From positions 30,194,001-30,258,000 of the forward strand of contig OX597828.1 of the NCBI GenBank assembly GCA_951406725.2: 64,000 nucleotides of DNA. Reading direction: 5' to 3'. The notes beneath the pieces were generated by a model that did no database searches, was not told the DNA's origin, and saw only the letters and a program-made list of their open reading frames with translations. Positions 1 to 17,096 of the stretch are shown here, in pieces; the stretch's first letter is position 1; each line of letters begins with the position of its first letter. The position numbers were made by a program, and so were the translations under genes. This stretch comes from Octopus vulgaris. Taxonomy: Eukaryota.

Positions 1-1968
1 AATAGAACAAATAAACTAAAAATAGAACAACTAAATTAAAAATAGAACAGCATCTAAAAATAGGACAAATAAACTAAAAATAGAACAGCAACTAAAAATA
101 GGACAAAGAAACTAAAAATAGAACAAGTAAACTGAAAATAGAAAAAATAAACTAAAAATAGGACAAATAAACTAAAAATAGAACAAATGAACTAAAAATA
201 GAACAGCAATAAAAATAGGACAAATAAACTAAAAATAGAACAAATAAAATGAAAATAGAACAGCAACTAAAAATAGGACAAATAAATAAAAAATAGAACA
301 GCAACAAAAAATAGTTATATTCTATATAAATAAATAGAATCTATATATAGAATCTATAAATAGAATCTATAAATGGAATCTATAAATGGAATCTATAAAT
401 AGTATCTATAAATAGAATCTATAAATAGAATCTATAAATAGAATCTATAAATAAATAAATAAATAAATAAATAGAATCTATAAATAGAATCTATAAATAG
501 AATCTATAAATAGAATCTATAAATAGAATCTATAAATAGAATCTATAAATAGAGTCTATAAATAGAATCTATAAATAGTATCTATAAATAGAATCTAAAA
601 ATAGAATCTATAAATAGAATCTATACATAAATAAAAAATAAAAAAATAAATATAAATAGAATCTATAAATAGAATCTATAAATAGAACAAATAAACTAAA
701 AATAGGACAAATAAACTAAAAATAGGAGAAATAAACTAAAAATAGGACAGATAAACTAAAAATAGGACAAATAAACTAAAAATAGAACAGCAACTAAAAT
801 AGGACAAATAAACTAAAAATAGAACAAATAAACTAAAAATAGAACAAATAAACTAAAAATAGAACAAATAAACTAAGAATAGAACGGCAACTGAAAATAG
901 GACAAATAAACTAAAAATAGAAGAAATAAACTAAAAATTGAACAAATAAACTAAAAATAGGACAAATAAACTAAAAATAGAATACATAAACTAAAAATAG
1001 GACAAATAAACTAAAAATAGAACAGCAACTAAAATAGGACAAATAAACTAAAAATAGAACAAATAAACTAAAAATAGAACAACTAAATTAAAAATAGAAC
1101 AGCATCTAAAATTAGGACAAATAAACTAAATATAGAACAGCAACTAAAAATAGGACAAATAAACTAAAAATAGAACAAGTAAACTGAAAATAGAAAAAAT
1201 AAACTAAAAATAGGACAAATAAACCAAAAATAGAACAAATGAACTAAAAATAGAAGAGCAACTAAAAATAGGACAAATAAACTAAAAATAGAACAAATAA
1301 AATGAAAATAGAACAGCAACTAAAAATACAACAAATAAACTAAAAATAGAACAGCAACTAAAAATAGGACAAATAAACTAAAAATAGAACAGCAACTAAA
1401 AATAGTTATATTCTATATAAATAAATAGAATCTATATATAGAATCTATAAATAGAATCTATAAATGGAATCTATAAATAGTATCTATAAATAGAATCTAT
1501 AAATAGAATCTATAAATAGAATCTATAAATAAATAAATAAATAAATAAATAGAATCTATAAATAGAATCTATAAATAGAATCTATAAATAAAATAAATAA
1601 ATAAATAAATATATAGAATCTATAAATAGAATCAATAAATAGAATCTATAAATTGAATCTCTAAATAGAATCTATAAATAGAATCTATAAATAGAATCTA
1701 TAAATAGAAGCTATAAATAGAATCTATAAATAGAATCTATAATTAGTAGCAATAAAATAGAAGCTATAAATAGAAGCTATAAATAGAAGCTATAAATAGA
1801 AGCTATGAATAAATAAAAAAATAAATAAATAATATCTATGAATAGAATCTATAAATAGAATCTATAAATAGAATCTATTAATAGAATCTATAAATATAAT
1901 CTTTAAATAGAATCTATAAATAGTATCTATAAATAGAATCTATAAATAGAATCTATAAATAGAATCTA

Positions 1969-1999
<31 letters not shown>

Positions 2000-2048
2000 A
2001 TAGAATCTATAAATAGTATCTATAAATAGAATCTATAAATAGAATCTA

Positions 2049-2079
<31 letters not shown>

Positions 2080-2245
2080 ATAGAAGCTATAAATAGAATC
2101 TTTAAATAGAATCTATAAATAGAATCTATAAATAGAATCAATAAATAGAATCTATAATTAGTAGCTATTAAATAGAAGCTATAAATAGAATCTAAAATAG
2201 AATCTATAAATAGAATCTATGAATAGAATCTATACATAGAATCTA

Positions 2246-2276
<31 letters not shown>

Positions 2277-2882
2277 ATAGAATCTATAAATAGAATTTAA
2301 AAATAATATCTATAAATAGAATCTATAAATAAATAAACAAATAAATAAATAAATAGAATATATAAATAAAATCTATAAATAGAATCTATAAATAAATAAA
2401 TAAATAAATAAATAAATGAATAGAATCTATTAATAGAATCTTTAAATAGAATCTATAAATAGAATCTATAAATAGAATCTATAAATAGTATCTATAAATA
2501 GAATCTAAAAATAGAATCTATAAATAGAATCTATAAATAAATAAATAAATAAAAAATAAATAAATAGAATATTTAAATAGAATCTATCAATAGAATCTAT
2601 AAATAGAATCTATAAATAGAATCTATAAATAGAATCTATATTTAGTAGCTATTAAATAGAAGCTATAAATAGAATCTATAAATAGAATCTAAAAATAGAA
2701 TCTATAAATAGAATATATATATAAATAAATAAATAAATAAATAAATAGAATCTATAAATAGAATCTATAAATAGAATCTATAAATAGAATCTATAAATAG
2801 AATCTATAAATAAATAAATAAATAAATAAATAAATAGAATCTATAAATAGAATCTATAAATAGAATCTATAAATAGAATCTA

Positions 2883-2913
<31 letters not shown>

Positions 2914-3187
2914 ATAGAATCTATAAATAGAATTTAAAAAGAGAATCTATAAATAGAATCTATAAATAAATAAACAAATGAATAAATAAATAAATAGAAT
3001 ATATAAATAGAATCTATAAATAGAATCTATAAATAGAATCTATAAATAAATAAATAAATAAATAAATAAAGGAATAGAATCTATAAATAGAATCTTTAAA
3101 TAGAATCTATAAATAGAATTTATAAATAGAATCTATAAATAGTATCTATAAATAGAATCTAAAAATAGAATCTATAAATAGAATCTA

Positions 3188-3218
<31 letters not shown>

Positions 3219-5366
3219 ATAGAATCTATAAATAGATTCTATAAATAGAATCTATAAATAGAATCTATAAAGAGAATCTATAAATAGAATCTATAAATAG
3301 AATCTATAAATAAATAAATAAATAAATAAATAAATAGAATCTATAAATAGAATCTTTAAATAGAATCTATAAATAGAATCTATAAATAGAATCTATAAAT
3401 AGAATCTATATTTAGTAGCTATTAAATAGAAGCTATAAATAGAATCTATAAATAGAATCTATAAATAGTATCTATAAATAGAATCTAAAAATAGAATCTA
3501 TAAATAGAATCTATAAATAAATAAATAAATAAATAAATAGAATCTATAAATAGAATCTATAAATAGTATCTATAAATAGAATCTATAAATAGAATCTATA
3601 AATAAATAAATAAATAAATAAATAAATAGAATCTATAAATAGAATCTATAAATAGAAATATAAATAAATAAATAAATAAATAAATAAATAGAATCTATAA
3701 ATAGAATCTATAAATAGAATCTATAAATAGAATCTATAAATAGAATCTATAAATAGTATCTATAAATAGAATCTAAAAATAGAATCTATAAACAGAATCT
3801 ATAAATAAATAAAAAATAAATAAAAAAATAAATAAATAGAATCTATAAATAGAATCTATAAATAGAATCTATAAATAGAATCTATAAATAGAACAAATAA
3901 ACTAAAAATAGGACAAATAAACTAAAAATAGGACAAATAAACTAAAAATAGGACAGTTAAACTAAAAATAGTACAAATAAACTAAAAATGGAACAGCAAC
4001 TAAAATAGGACAAATAAACTAAAAATAGAACAAATAAACTAAGAATAGAACGGCAACTAAAAATAGAACAAATAAACTAAAAATTGAACAAATAAAATAA
4101 AAATAGAACAAATAAACTAAAAATAGAACAAATAAACTAAAAATAGAACAACTAAATTAAAAATAGAACAAATAAATTAAAAATAGAACAGCATCTAAAA
4201 ATAGGACAAATAAACTAAAAATAGAACAGCAACTAAAAATAGGACAAATAAACTAAAAAATAGGACAAGTAAACTGAAAATAGAAAAAATAAACTAAAAA
4301 TAGGACAAATAAACTAAAAATAGAACAAAAGAACTAAAAATAGAACAAGCAACTAAAAATAGGACAAATAAACTAAAAATAGAACAAATAAACTAAAAAT
4401 AGAACAAATAAACTAAAAATAGAACAACTAAATTAAAAATAGAACAGCATCTAAAAATAGGACAAATAAACTAAAAATAGAACAGCAACTAAAAATAGGA
4501 CAAATAAACTAAAAATAGAACAAGTAAACTGAAAATAGAAAAAATAAACTAAAAATAGGATAAATAAACTAAAAATAGAACAAAAGAACTAAAAATAGAA
4601 CAGCAACTAAAAATAGGACAAATAAACTAAAAATAGAACAAATAAAATAAAAATAGAACAGCAACTAAAAATACAACAAATAAACTAAAAATAGAACAAA
4701 TAAACTAAAAATAGAACAGCAACTAAAAATAGTCATATTCTATATAAATAAATAGAATCTATATATAGAATCTATAAATAGAATCTATAAATGGATTCTA
4801 TAAACAGTATCTATAAATAGAATCTATAAATAGAATCTATAAATAAATAAATAAATAAATAAATAAATAGAATCTATAAATAGAATCTATAAACAGAATC
4901 TATAAATAAAATAAATAAATAAATAAATATATAGAATCTATAAATAGAATCAATAAATAGAATCTATAAATTGAATCTTTAAATAGAATCTATAAATAGA
5001 ATCTATAAATAGAATCTATAAATAGAATCTATAATTAGTAGCAATAAAATAGAAGCTATAAATAGAAGCTATGAATAAATAAAAAAATAAATAAATAATA
5101 TCTATGAATAGAATCTATAAATAGAATCTATAAATAGAATCTATTAATAGAATCTATAAATATAATCTATAAATAGAATCTATAAATAGTATCTATAAAT
5201 AGAATCTATAAATAGAATCTATAAATAAGTAAATAAATGAATAAATAAATAAATAGAATCTATAAATAGAATCTTTAAATAGAATCTATAAATAGAATCT
5301 ATAAATAGAATCTATAAATAGTATCTATAAATAGAATCTAAAAATAGAATCTATAAATAGAATCTA

Positions 5367-5397
<31 letters not shown>

Positions 5398-5459
5398 ATA
5401 GAATCTATAAATAGAATCTATAAATAGAATCTATAAATAGAATCTATAAATAGAATCTA

Positions 5460-5490
<31 letters not shown>

Positions 5491-5706
5491 ATAGAATCTA
5501 TAAATAGAATCTATAAATAGTATCTATAAATAGAAACTATAAATAGAATCTATAAATAAATAAATAAATAAATAAATAAATAGAATCTATAAATAGAATC
5601 TATAAATAGAATCTATAAATAGAATCTATAAATAGAATCTATAAATAGAATCTATAAATAGTATCCATAAATAGAATCTAAAAATAGAATCTATAAATAG
5701 AATCTA

Positions 5707-5737
<31 letters not shown>

Positions 5738-7012
5738 ATAGAATCTATAAATAGAATCTATAAATAGAATCTATAAATAGAATCTATAAATAAATAAATA
5801 AATAAATAAATAAATAGAATCTATAAATAGAATCTATAAATAGAATCAATAAATAGAATCTATAAATAGTATCTATAAATAGAATCTATAAATAGAATCT
5901 ATAAATAGAATCTATAAATAAATAAAAAATAAATAAAAAAATAAATAAATAGAATCTATAAATAGAATCTATAAATAGAATCTATAAATAGAATCTATAA
6001 ATAGAATCTATAAATAGAACAAATAAACTAAAAATAGGACAAATAAACTTAAAATTGAACAAATAAACTAAAAATTGGACAAATAAACTAAAAATTGAAC
6101 AGATAAACTAAAAATAGGACAAATAAACTAAAAATATAACAGCAACTAAAATAGGACAAATAAACTTAAAATAGAACAAATAAACTAAAAATAGAACAAC
6201 TAAATTAAAAATAGAACAGCATCTAAAAATAGGACAAATAAACTAAAAATAGAACAGCAACTAAAAAATAGGACAAATAAACTAAAAATAGAACAAGTAA
6301 ACTGAAAATAGAAAAAATAAACTAAAAATAGGACAAATAAACTAAAAATAGAACAAATGAACTAAAAATAGAACAGCAACTAAAAATGGACAAATAAACT
6401 AAAAATAGAACAAATAAAATAAAAATAGAACAGCAACTAAAAATAGGACAAATAAACTAAAAATAGAACAGCAACTAAAAATAGTTATATTCTATATAAA
6501 TAAATAGAATCTATATATAGAATCTATAAATAGAATCTATAAATGGAATCTATAAATAGAATCTATAAATAGAATCTATAAATAAATAAATAAATAAATA
6601 TATAAATAGAATCTATAAATAGAATCTATAAATAGAATCTATAAATAAAATAAATAAATAAATAAATATATAGAATCTATAAATAGAATCAATAAATAGA
6701 ACCTATAAATAGAATCTCTAAATAGAATCTATAAATAGAATCTATAAATAGAATCTATAAATAGAATCTATAAATAGAAGCTATAAATAGAATCTATAAA
6801 TAGAATCTATAATTAGTAGCAATAAAATAGAAGCTATAAATAGAAGCTATAAATAGAAGCTATAAATAAATAAAAAAATAAATAAATAATATCTATAAAT
6901 AGAATCTATAAATAGAATCTATAAATAGAATCTATTAATAGAATCTATAAATATAATCTATAAATAGAATCTATAAATAGCATCTATAAATAGAATCTAT
7001 AAATAGAATCTA

Positions 7013-7043
<31 letters not shown>

Positions 7044-8049
7044 ATAGTATCTATAAATAGAATCTATAAATAGAATCTATAAATAGAATCTATAAATAAA
7101 TAAATAAATAAATAAATAAATAGAATCTATAAATAGAATCTTTAAATAGAATCTATAAATAGAATCTATAAATAGAATCAATAAATATAATCTATAATTA
7201 GTAGCTATTAAATAGAAGCTATAAATAGAATCTAAAAATAGAATCTATAAATAGAATCTATAAATAGAACAAATAAACTAAAAATAGGACAAATAAACTA
7301 AAAATAGGACAAATAAACTAAAAATAGGACAAATAAACTAAAAATAGAACAGCAACTAAAATAGGACAAATAAACTAAAAAAAGAACCAATAAACTAAAA
7401 ATAGAACAAATAAACTAAAAATAGAACAAATAAACTAAGAATAGAACGGCAACTAAAAATAGGACAAATAAACTAAAATTTGAACAAATAAACTAAAAAT
7501 TGAACAAATAAACTAAAGATAGGACAAATAAACTAAAAATAGAACAGATAAACTAAAAATAGGACAAATAAACTAAAAATAGAACAGCAACTAAAATAGG
7601 ACAAATAAACTAAAAATAGAACAAATAAACTAAAAATAGAACAACTAAATTAAAAATAGAACATCATCTAAAAATAGGACAAATAAACTAAAAATAGAAC
7701 AGCAACTAAAAATAGGACAAATAAACTAAAAATAGAACAAGTAAACTGAAAATAGAAAAAATAAACTAAAAATAGGACAAATAAACTAAAAATAGAACAA
7801 ATGAACTAAAAATAGAACAGCAACTAAAAATAGGACAAATAAACTAAAAATAGAACAAATAAAGTAAAAATGGAACAGCAACTAAAAATAGGACAAATAA
7901 ACTAAAAATAGAACAGCAACTAAAAATAGTTATATTCTATATAAATAAATACAATCTATATATAGAATCTATAAATAGAATCTATAAATGGAATCTATAA
8001 ATAGTATCTATAAATAGAATCTATAAATAGAATCTATAAATAGAATCTA

Positions 8050-8080
<31 letters not shown>

Positions 8081-8545
8081 ATAGAATCTATAAATAGAAT
8101 CTATAAATAGAATCTATAAATAAAATAAATAAATAAATAAATATATAGAATCTATAAATAGAATCAATAAATAGAATCTATAAATAGAATCTCTAAATAG
8201 AATCTATAAATAGAATCTATAAATAGAATCTATAAATAGAAGCTATAAATAGAATCTATAAATAGAATCTATAATTAGTAGCAATGAAATAGAAGCTATA
8301 AATAGAAGCTATAAATAGAAGCTATAAATAAATAAAAAATAAATAAATAATATCTATGAATAGAATCTATAAATAGAATCTGTAAATAGAATCTATTAAT
8401 AGATTCTATAAATATAATCTATAAATAGAATCTATAAATAGTATCTATAAATAGAATCTATAAATAGAATCTATAAATAAATAAATAAATAAATAAATAG
8501 AATCTATAAATAGAATCTATAAATAGAATCTATAAATAGAATCTA

Positions 8546-8576
<31 letters not shown>

Positions 8577-8755
8577 ATAGAATCTATAAATAGAATCTTT
8601 AAATAGAATCTATAAATAGAATCTATAAATAGAATCAATAAATAGAATCTATAATTAGTAGCTATTAAATAGAAGCTATAAATAGAATCTAAAATAGAAT
8701 CTATAAATAGAATCTATAAATAGAATCTATGAATAGAATCTATACATCGAATGTG

Positions 8756-8786
<31 letters not shown>

Positions 8787-9047
8787 ATAGAATCTATAAA
8801 TAGAATCTATAAATAAATAAATAAATAAATAAATAAATGAATAGAATCTATAAATAGAATCTTTAAATAGAATCTATAAATAGAATCTATAAATAGAATC
8901 TATAAATAGTATCTATAAATAGAATCTAAAAATAGAATCTATAAATAGAATCTATAAATAAATAAATAAATAAATAAAAAAATAAATAGAATCTATAAAT
9001 AGAATCTATAAATAGAATCTATAAATAGAATCAATAAATAGAATCTA

Positions 9048-9078
<31 letters not shown>

Positions 9079-11401
9079 ATAGAATCTATAAATATATAAA
9101 TAGAATCTATAAATAGTATCTATAAATAGAATCTATAAATAGAATCTATAAATAGAATCTATAAATAGAATCTATAAATAGAATCTATAAATAAATAGAA
9201 TCTATAAATAGAATCTATAAATAGAATCTATAAATAGAATCTATAAATAAATAAATAAATAAAAAAATAAATAAATAAATAGAATCTATAAATAGAATCG
9301 ATAAATAGAATCTATAAATAGAATCTATAAATAGAATCTATAAATAGAATCTATAAATAGAATCTATAAATAGTATCTATAAATAGAATCTAAAAATAGA
9401 ATCTATAAATAGAATCTATAAATAAATAAAAAATAATTAAAAAAATGAAAAAATAGAATCTATAAATAGAATCTATAAATAGAACAAATAAACTAAAAAT
9501 AGGACAAATAAACTAAAAATAGGACAAATAATCTAAAAATAGGACAAATAATTTAAAATAGAACTAAAAATAGGACAAAAACTAAAAATAGAACAAGTAA
9601 ACTAAAAATCGAACAAATAAACTAAAAATAGGTCAAATAAACTAAAAATAAAACCGCAACTAAAAATAGGATAAATAAACTAAAAATAGAACAAGTAAAC
9701 TAAAAATAGATAAAATAAACTAAAAATAGGACAAATAAACTAAAAATAGAACAAATAAACTAAAAATAGAACAGCAACTAAAAATAGGACAAATAAACTA
9801 AAAATAGAACAAATAAAACTAAAAAAAGAATAAATAAACAAAAAATAGGACAAATAAACTAAAAATAAAACAGCAACTAAAAATAGGATAAATAAACTAA
9901 AAATAGAACAAGTAAACTAAAAATAGAAAAAATTAACTAAAAATAGGTCAAATAAACTAATAATAGAACAAATAAACTAAAAATAGAACAGCAACTAAAA
10001 ATAGGACAAATAAACTAAAAATAGAACAAATAAATTAAAAATAGAACAAATAAACTAAAAATAGGACAAATAAACTAAAAATAGGACAAATAAACTAAAA
10101 ATAGAACAGCAACTAAAATAGGACAAATAAACTAAAAATAGAACAAATAAACTAAAAATAGAACAAATAACCTAATAATAGAACAAATAAACTAAGATTA
10201 GAACGGCAACTAAAAATAGGATAAATAAACTAAAAATTGAACAGATAAACTAAAAATAGGACAAATAAACTATAAATAGAACAGCAACTAAAATAGGACA
10301 AATAAACTAAAAATAGAACAAATAAACTAAAAATAGAACAACTAAACTAAAAATAGAAGAGCAACTAAAAATAGGACAAATAAACTAAAAATAGAACAGC
10401 AACTAAAAATAGGACAAATAAACTAAAAATAGAACAAGTAAACTGAAAATAGAAAAAATAAACTAAAAATAGGACAAATAAACTAATAATAGAACAAATA
10501 AACTAAAAATAGAACAGCAACTAAAAATAGGACAAATAAACTAAAAATAGAACAGCAACTAAAAATAGTTATATTCTATATAAATAAATAGAATCTATAT
10601 ATAGAATCTATAAATAGAATCTATAAATGGAATCTATAAATAGTATATATATAAATAGAATCTGTAAATAGAATCTATAAATAGAATCTATAAATAAATA
10701 AATAAATAAATAGAATCTATAAATAGAATCTATAAATAGAATCTATAAATAAAATAAATAAATAAATAAATATATAGAATCTATAAATAGAATCAATAAA
10801 CAGAATCTATAAATAGAATCTATAAATAGAATCTATAAATAGAATCTATAAATAGAATCTATAAATAGAAGCTATAAATAGAATCTATAAATAGAATCTA
10901 TAATTAGTAGCAATAAAATAGAAGCTATAAATAGAAGCTATAAATAGAAGCTATAAATAAATAAATAAATAAATTGTATCTATAAATAGAATCTAAAAAG
11001 AGAATCTATAAATAGAATCTATAAATAGAATCTATAAATAGAATCAATAAATAGAATCTATAAATAGAATCTATAAATAAATAAATAAATATATAAATAA
11101 ATAAATAAATAAATAGAATCTATAAATAGAATCTACAAATAGAATCTATAAATAGAATCTATGAATAAAATCTATAAATATAATCTATAAATAAATAAAC
11201 AAATAAATAAATAAAGAGACTCTATTAATAGAATCTATAAATAGAATCTATAATTAGTAGCTTTTAAAAAGGAGCTATAAATAGAAGCTATAAATAGAAT
11301 CTATAAATAAATAAAAAAATAAATAAATAATATCTATAAATAGAATCTATAAATAGAATCTATAAATAGTATCTATAAATAGAATCTATAAATAGAATCT
11401 A

Positions 11402-11436
<35 letters not shown>

Positions 11437-11899
11437 ATAGAATCTATAAATAGAATCTATAAATAGAATCTATAAATAGAATCTATACATAAATAAATAA
11501 ATAAATAAATAAATAAATAGAATCTATAAATAGAATCTTTAAATAGAATCTATAAATAGAATCTATAAATAGAATCAATAAATATAATCTATAATTAGTA
11601 GCTATTAAAAAGAAGCTATAAATAGAAGCTATAATTAGAAGCTATATATAGAAGCTATAAATAAATAAATAAATATATATATATATTATCCATAAATAGA
11701 ATCTAAAATAGAATCTATAAATAGAATCTATAAATAGAATCGGTAAATAAATAAATAAATAAATAAATAAATAGAATCTATAAATAGATTTTATAAATAG
11801 AATCTATAAATAGAATCTATAAATAAATAAACAAATAAATAAATAAATAAATAGAATATATAAATAGAATCTATAAATAGAATCTATAAATAGAATCTA

Positions 11900-11934
<35 letters not shown>

Positions 11935-12233
11935 ATAGAATCTATAAATAGAATCTTTAAATAGAATCTAAAAATAGAATCTATAAATAGAATCTATAAA
12001 TAGAATCTATAATTAGTAGCTATTAAAAAGAAGCTATAAATAGAAGCTATAATTCGAAGCTATAAATAGAAGCTATAAATAAATAAATATATATATATTA
12101 TCTATAAATAGAATCTAAAATAGAATCTATAAAGAGAATCTATAAATAGAATCTATAAATAGAATCTATAAATAGAATCTATAAATAGTTTCTATAAATA
12201 GAATCTAAAAATAGAATCTATAAATAGAATCTA

Positions 12234-12264
<31 letters not shown>

Positions 12265-12326
12265 ATAGAATCTATAAATAGAATCTATAAATAGAATCTA
12301 TAAATAGAATCTATAAATAGAATCTA

Positions 12327-12357
<31 letters not shown>

Positions 12358-12643
12358 ATAGAATCTATAAATAGAATCATTAAATAGAATCTATAAATAA
12401 AATCTATAAATAGAATCTATAAATAGAATCTATAAATAGAATCTATATTTAGTAGCTATTAAATAGAAGCTATAAATAGAATCTATAAATAGAATCTATA
12501 AATAGTATCTATAAATAGAATCTAAAAATAGAATCTATAAATAGAATCTATAAATAAATATATAAATATATAAATAAATACATAGAATCTATAAATAGAA
12601 TGTATAAATAGTATCTAAAAATAGAATCAATAAATAGAATCTA

Positions 12644-12674
<31 letters not shown>

Positions 12675-12723
12675 ATAGAATCTATAAATAGAATCTATAA
12701 ATAGAATCTATAAATAGAATCTA

Positions 12724-12766
<43 letters not shown>

Positions 12767-13373
12767 ATAGAATCTATAAATAGAATCTTTAAATAGAATC
12801 TATAAATAGAATCTATAAATAGAATCTATAAATAGAATCTATTAATAGAATCTATAAATAGAATCTATAAATAGAATCTATAAATATTATCTATAAATAG
12901 AATCTAAAAATAGAATCTATAAATAGAATCTATAAATAAATAAAAAATAAATAAAAAAATAAATAAATAGAATCTATAAATAGAATCTATAAATAGAATC
13001 TATAAATAGAAAAAATAAACTAAAAATAGGACAAATGAACTAAAAATAGGATAAATAATCTAAAAATAGGACAAATAATCTAAAATAGAACAGCAACTAA
13101 AAATAGGACAAAAAACAAAAAATAGAACAAGTAAACTAAAAATCGAACAAATAAACTAAAAATAGGTCAAATAAACTAAAAATAGGACAGCAACTAAAAC
13201 AGGACAAATAATCTAAAAATAGAACAAATATATTAGAAATAGAACAAATAAACCAAAAATAGAACGGCAACTAAAAATAGGACAAATAAACTAAAAATAG
13301 AACAGCAACTAAAAATAGTTATATTCTATATAAATAAATAGAATCTATAAATAGAATCTATAAATAGAATCTA

Positions 13374-13408
<35 letters not shown>

Positions 13409-14971
13409 ATAGAATCTATAAATAGAATCTTTAAATAGAATCTATAAATAGAATCTATAAATAGAATCTATAAATAGAATCTATATTTAGTAGCTATTAA
13501 ATAGAAGCTATAAATAGAATCTATAAATAGAATCTATAAATAGTATCTATAAATAGAATCTAAAAATAGAATCTATAAATAGAATCTATAAATAGTATCT
13601 ATAAATAGTATCTATAAATAGAATCTATAAATAGAATCTATAAATAAATAAATAAATAAATAGAATCTATAAATAGAATCTATAAATAGTATCTATAAAT
13701 AGAATCTATAAATAGAATCTATAAATAAATAAATAAATAAATAAATAAATAGAATCTATAAATAGAATCTATAAATAGAATCTATAAATAGAATCTATAA
13801 ATAAATAAATAAATAAATAAATAAATAGAATCTATAAATAGAATCTTTGAATAGAATCTATAAATAGAATCTATAAATAGAATCTATAAATAGAATCTAT
13901 AAATAGAATCTATAAATAGTATCTATAAATAGAATCTAAAAATAGAATCTATAAATAGAATCTATAAATAAATAAAAAATAAATAAAAAAATGAAGAAAT
14001 AGAATCTATAAATAGAATCTATAAATAGAATCTATAAATAGAACAAATAAACTAAAAATAGGACAAATAAACTAAAAATAGGACAAAATATCTAAAACAT
14101 AGGACAAATAATTTAAAATAGAACTAAAATAGGACAAAAACTAAAAATAGGTCAAATAAACTAAAAATAAAACAGCAACTATAAATAGGATAAATAAACT
14201 AAAAATAGAACAAGTAAACTAAAAATAGAAAAAATAAACTAAAAATAGGACAAATAAACTAAAAATAGAACAAATAAACTAAAAATAGAACAGCAACTAA
14301 AAATAGGACAAATACACTAAAAATAGGACAAATAAAATAAAAATAGAACAGCAACTAAAAATAGTTATATTCTATATAAATAAATAGAATCTATATATAG
14401 AATCTATAAATAGAATCTATAAATGGAATCTATAAATAGTATCTATAAATAGAATCTATAAATAGAATCTATAAATAGAATCTATAAATAGAATCTATAA
14501 ATAAATAAATAAATAAATAAATAAATAGAATCTATAAATAGAATCTATAAATAGAATCTATAAATAGAATCTATAAATAGAATCTATAAAGAAATAAATA
14601 AATAAATAAATAGAATCTATAAATAGAATCATTAAATAGAATCTATAAATAGAATCTATAAATAGAATCTATAAATAGAATCTATAAATAGAATCTATAT
14701 TTAGTAGCTATTAAATAGAAGCTATAAATAGAATCTATAAATAGAATCTATAAATAGTATCTATAAATAGAATCTAAAAATAGAATCTATAAATAGAATC
14801 TATAAATAAATATATAAATATATAAATAAATACATAGAATCTATAAATAGAATCTATAAATAGTATCTAAAAATAGAATCAATAAATAGAATCTATAAAT
14901 AAATAAATAAATAAATAAATAAATAGAATCTATAAATAGAATCTATAAATAGAATCTATAAATAGAATCTA

Positions 14972-15014
<43 letters not shown>

Positions 15015-15446
15015 ATAGAATCTATAAATAGAATCTTTAAATAGAATCTATAAATAGAATCTATAAATAGAATCTATAAATAGAATCTATTAATAGAATC
15101 TATAAATAGAATCTATAAATAGAATCTATAAATATTATCTATAAATAGAATCTAAAAATAGAATCTATAAATAGAATCTATAAATAAATAAAAAATAAAA
15201 AAAAATAAATAAATAGAATCTATAAATAGAATCTATAAATAGAATCTATATTTAGTAGCTATTAAATAGAAGCTATAAATAGAATCTATAAATAGAATCT
15301 ATAAATAGTATCTATAAATAGAATCTAAAAATAGAATCTATAAATAGAATCTATAAATAAATATATAAATATATAAATAAATACATAGGATCTATAAATA
15401 GAATCTATAAATAGTATCTAAAAATAGAATCAATAAATAGAATCTA

Positions 15447-15477
<31 letters not shown>

Positions 15478-15526
15478 ATAGAATCTATAAATAGAATCTA
15501 TAAATAGAATCTATAAATAGAATCTA

Positions 15527-15569
<43 letters not shown>

Positions 15570-17053
15570 ATAGAATCTATAAATAGAATTTTTAAATAGA
15601 ATCTATAAATAGAATCTATAAATAGTATCTATAAATAGAATCTAAAAATAGAATCTATAAATAGAATCTATAAATAGTATCTATAAATAGTATCTATAAA
15701 TAGAATCTATAAATAGAATCTATAAATAAATAAATAAATAAATAGAATCTATAAATAGAATCTATAAATAGTATCTATAAATAGAATCTATAAATAGAAT
15801 CTATAAATAAATAAATAAATAAATAAATAAATAGAATCTATAAATAGAATCTATAAATAGAATCTATAAATAGAATCTATAAATAAATAAATAAATAAAT
15901 AAATAAATAGAATCTATAAATAGAATCTTTGAATAGAATCTATAAATAGAATCTATAAATAGAATCTATAAATAGAATCTATAAATAGAATCTATAAATA
16001 GTATCTATAAATAGAATCTAAAAATAGAATCTATAAATAGAATCTATAAATAAATAAAAAATAAATAAAAAAATGAAGAAATAGAATCTATAAATAGAAT
16101 CTATAAATAGAATCTATAAATAGAACAAATAAACTAAAAATAGGACAAATAAACTAAAAATAGGACAAAATATCTAAAACATAGGACAAATAATTTAAAA
16201 TAGAACTAAAATAGGACAAAAACTAAAAATAGGTCAAATAAACTAAAAATAAAACAGCAACTATAAATAGGATAAATAAACTAAAAATAGAACAAGTAAA
16301 CTAAAAATAGAAAAAATAAACTAAAAATAGGACAAATAAACTAAAAATAGAACAAATAAACTAAAAATAGAACAGCAACTAAAAATAGGACAAATACACT
16401 AAAAATAGGACAAATAAAATAAAAATAGAACAGCAACTAAAAATAGTTATATTCTATATAAATAAATAGAATCTATATATAGAATCTATAAATAGAATCT
16501 ATAAATGGAATCTATAAATAGTATCTATAAATAGAATCTATAAATAGAATCTATAAATAGAATCTATAAATAGAATCTATAAATAAATAAATAAATAAAT
16601 AAATAAATAGAATCTATAAATAGAATCTATAAATAGAATCTATAAATAGAATCTATAAATAGAATCTATAAAGAAATAAATAAATAAATAAATAGAATCT
16701 ATAAATAGAATCATTAAATAGAATCTATAAATAGAATCTATAAATAGAATCTATAAATAGAATCTATAAATAGAATCTATATTTAGTAGCTATTAAATAG
16801 AAGCTATAAATAGAATCTATAAATAGAATCTATAAATAGTATCTATAAATAGAATCTAAAAATAGAATCTATAAATAGAATCTATAAATAAATATATAAA
16901 TATATAAATAAATACATAGAATCTATAAATAGAATCTATAAATAGTATCTAAAAATAGAATCAATAAATAGAATCTATAAATAAATAAATAAATAAATAA
17001 ATAAATAGAATCTATAAATAGAATCTATAAATAGAATCTATAAATAGAATCTA

Positions 17054-17096
<43 letters not shown>

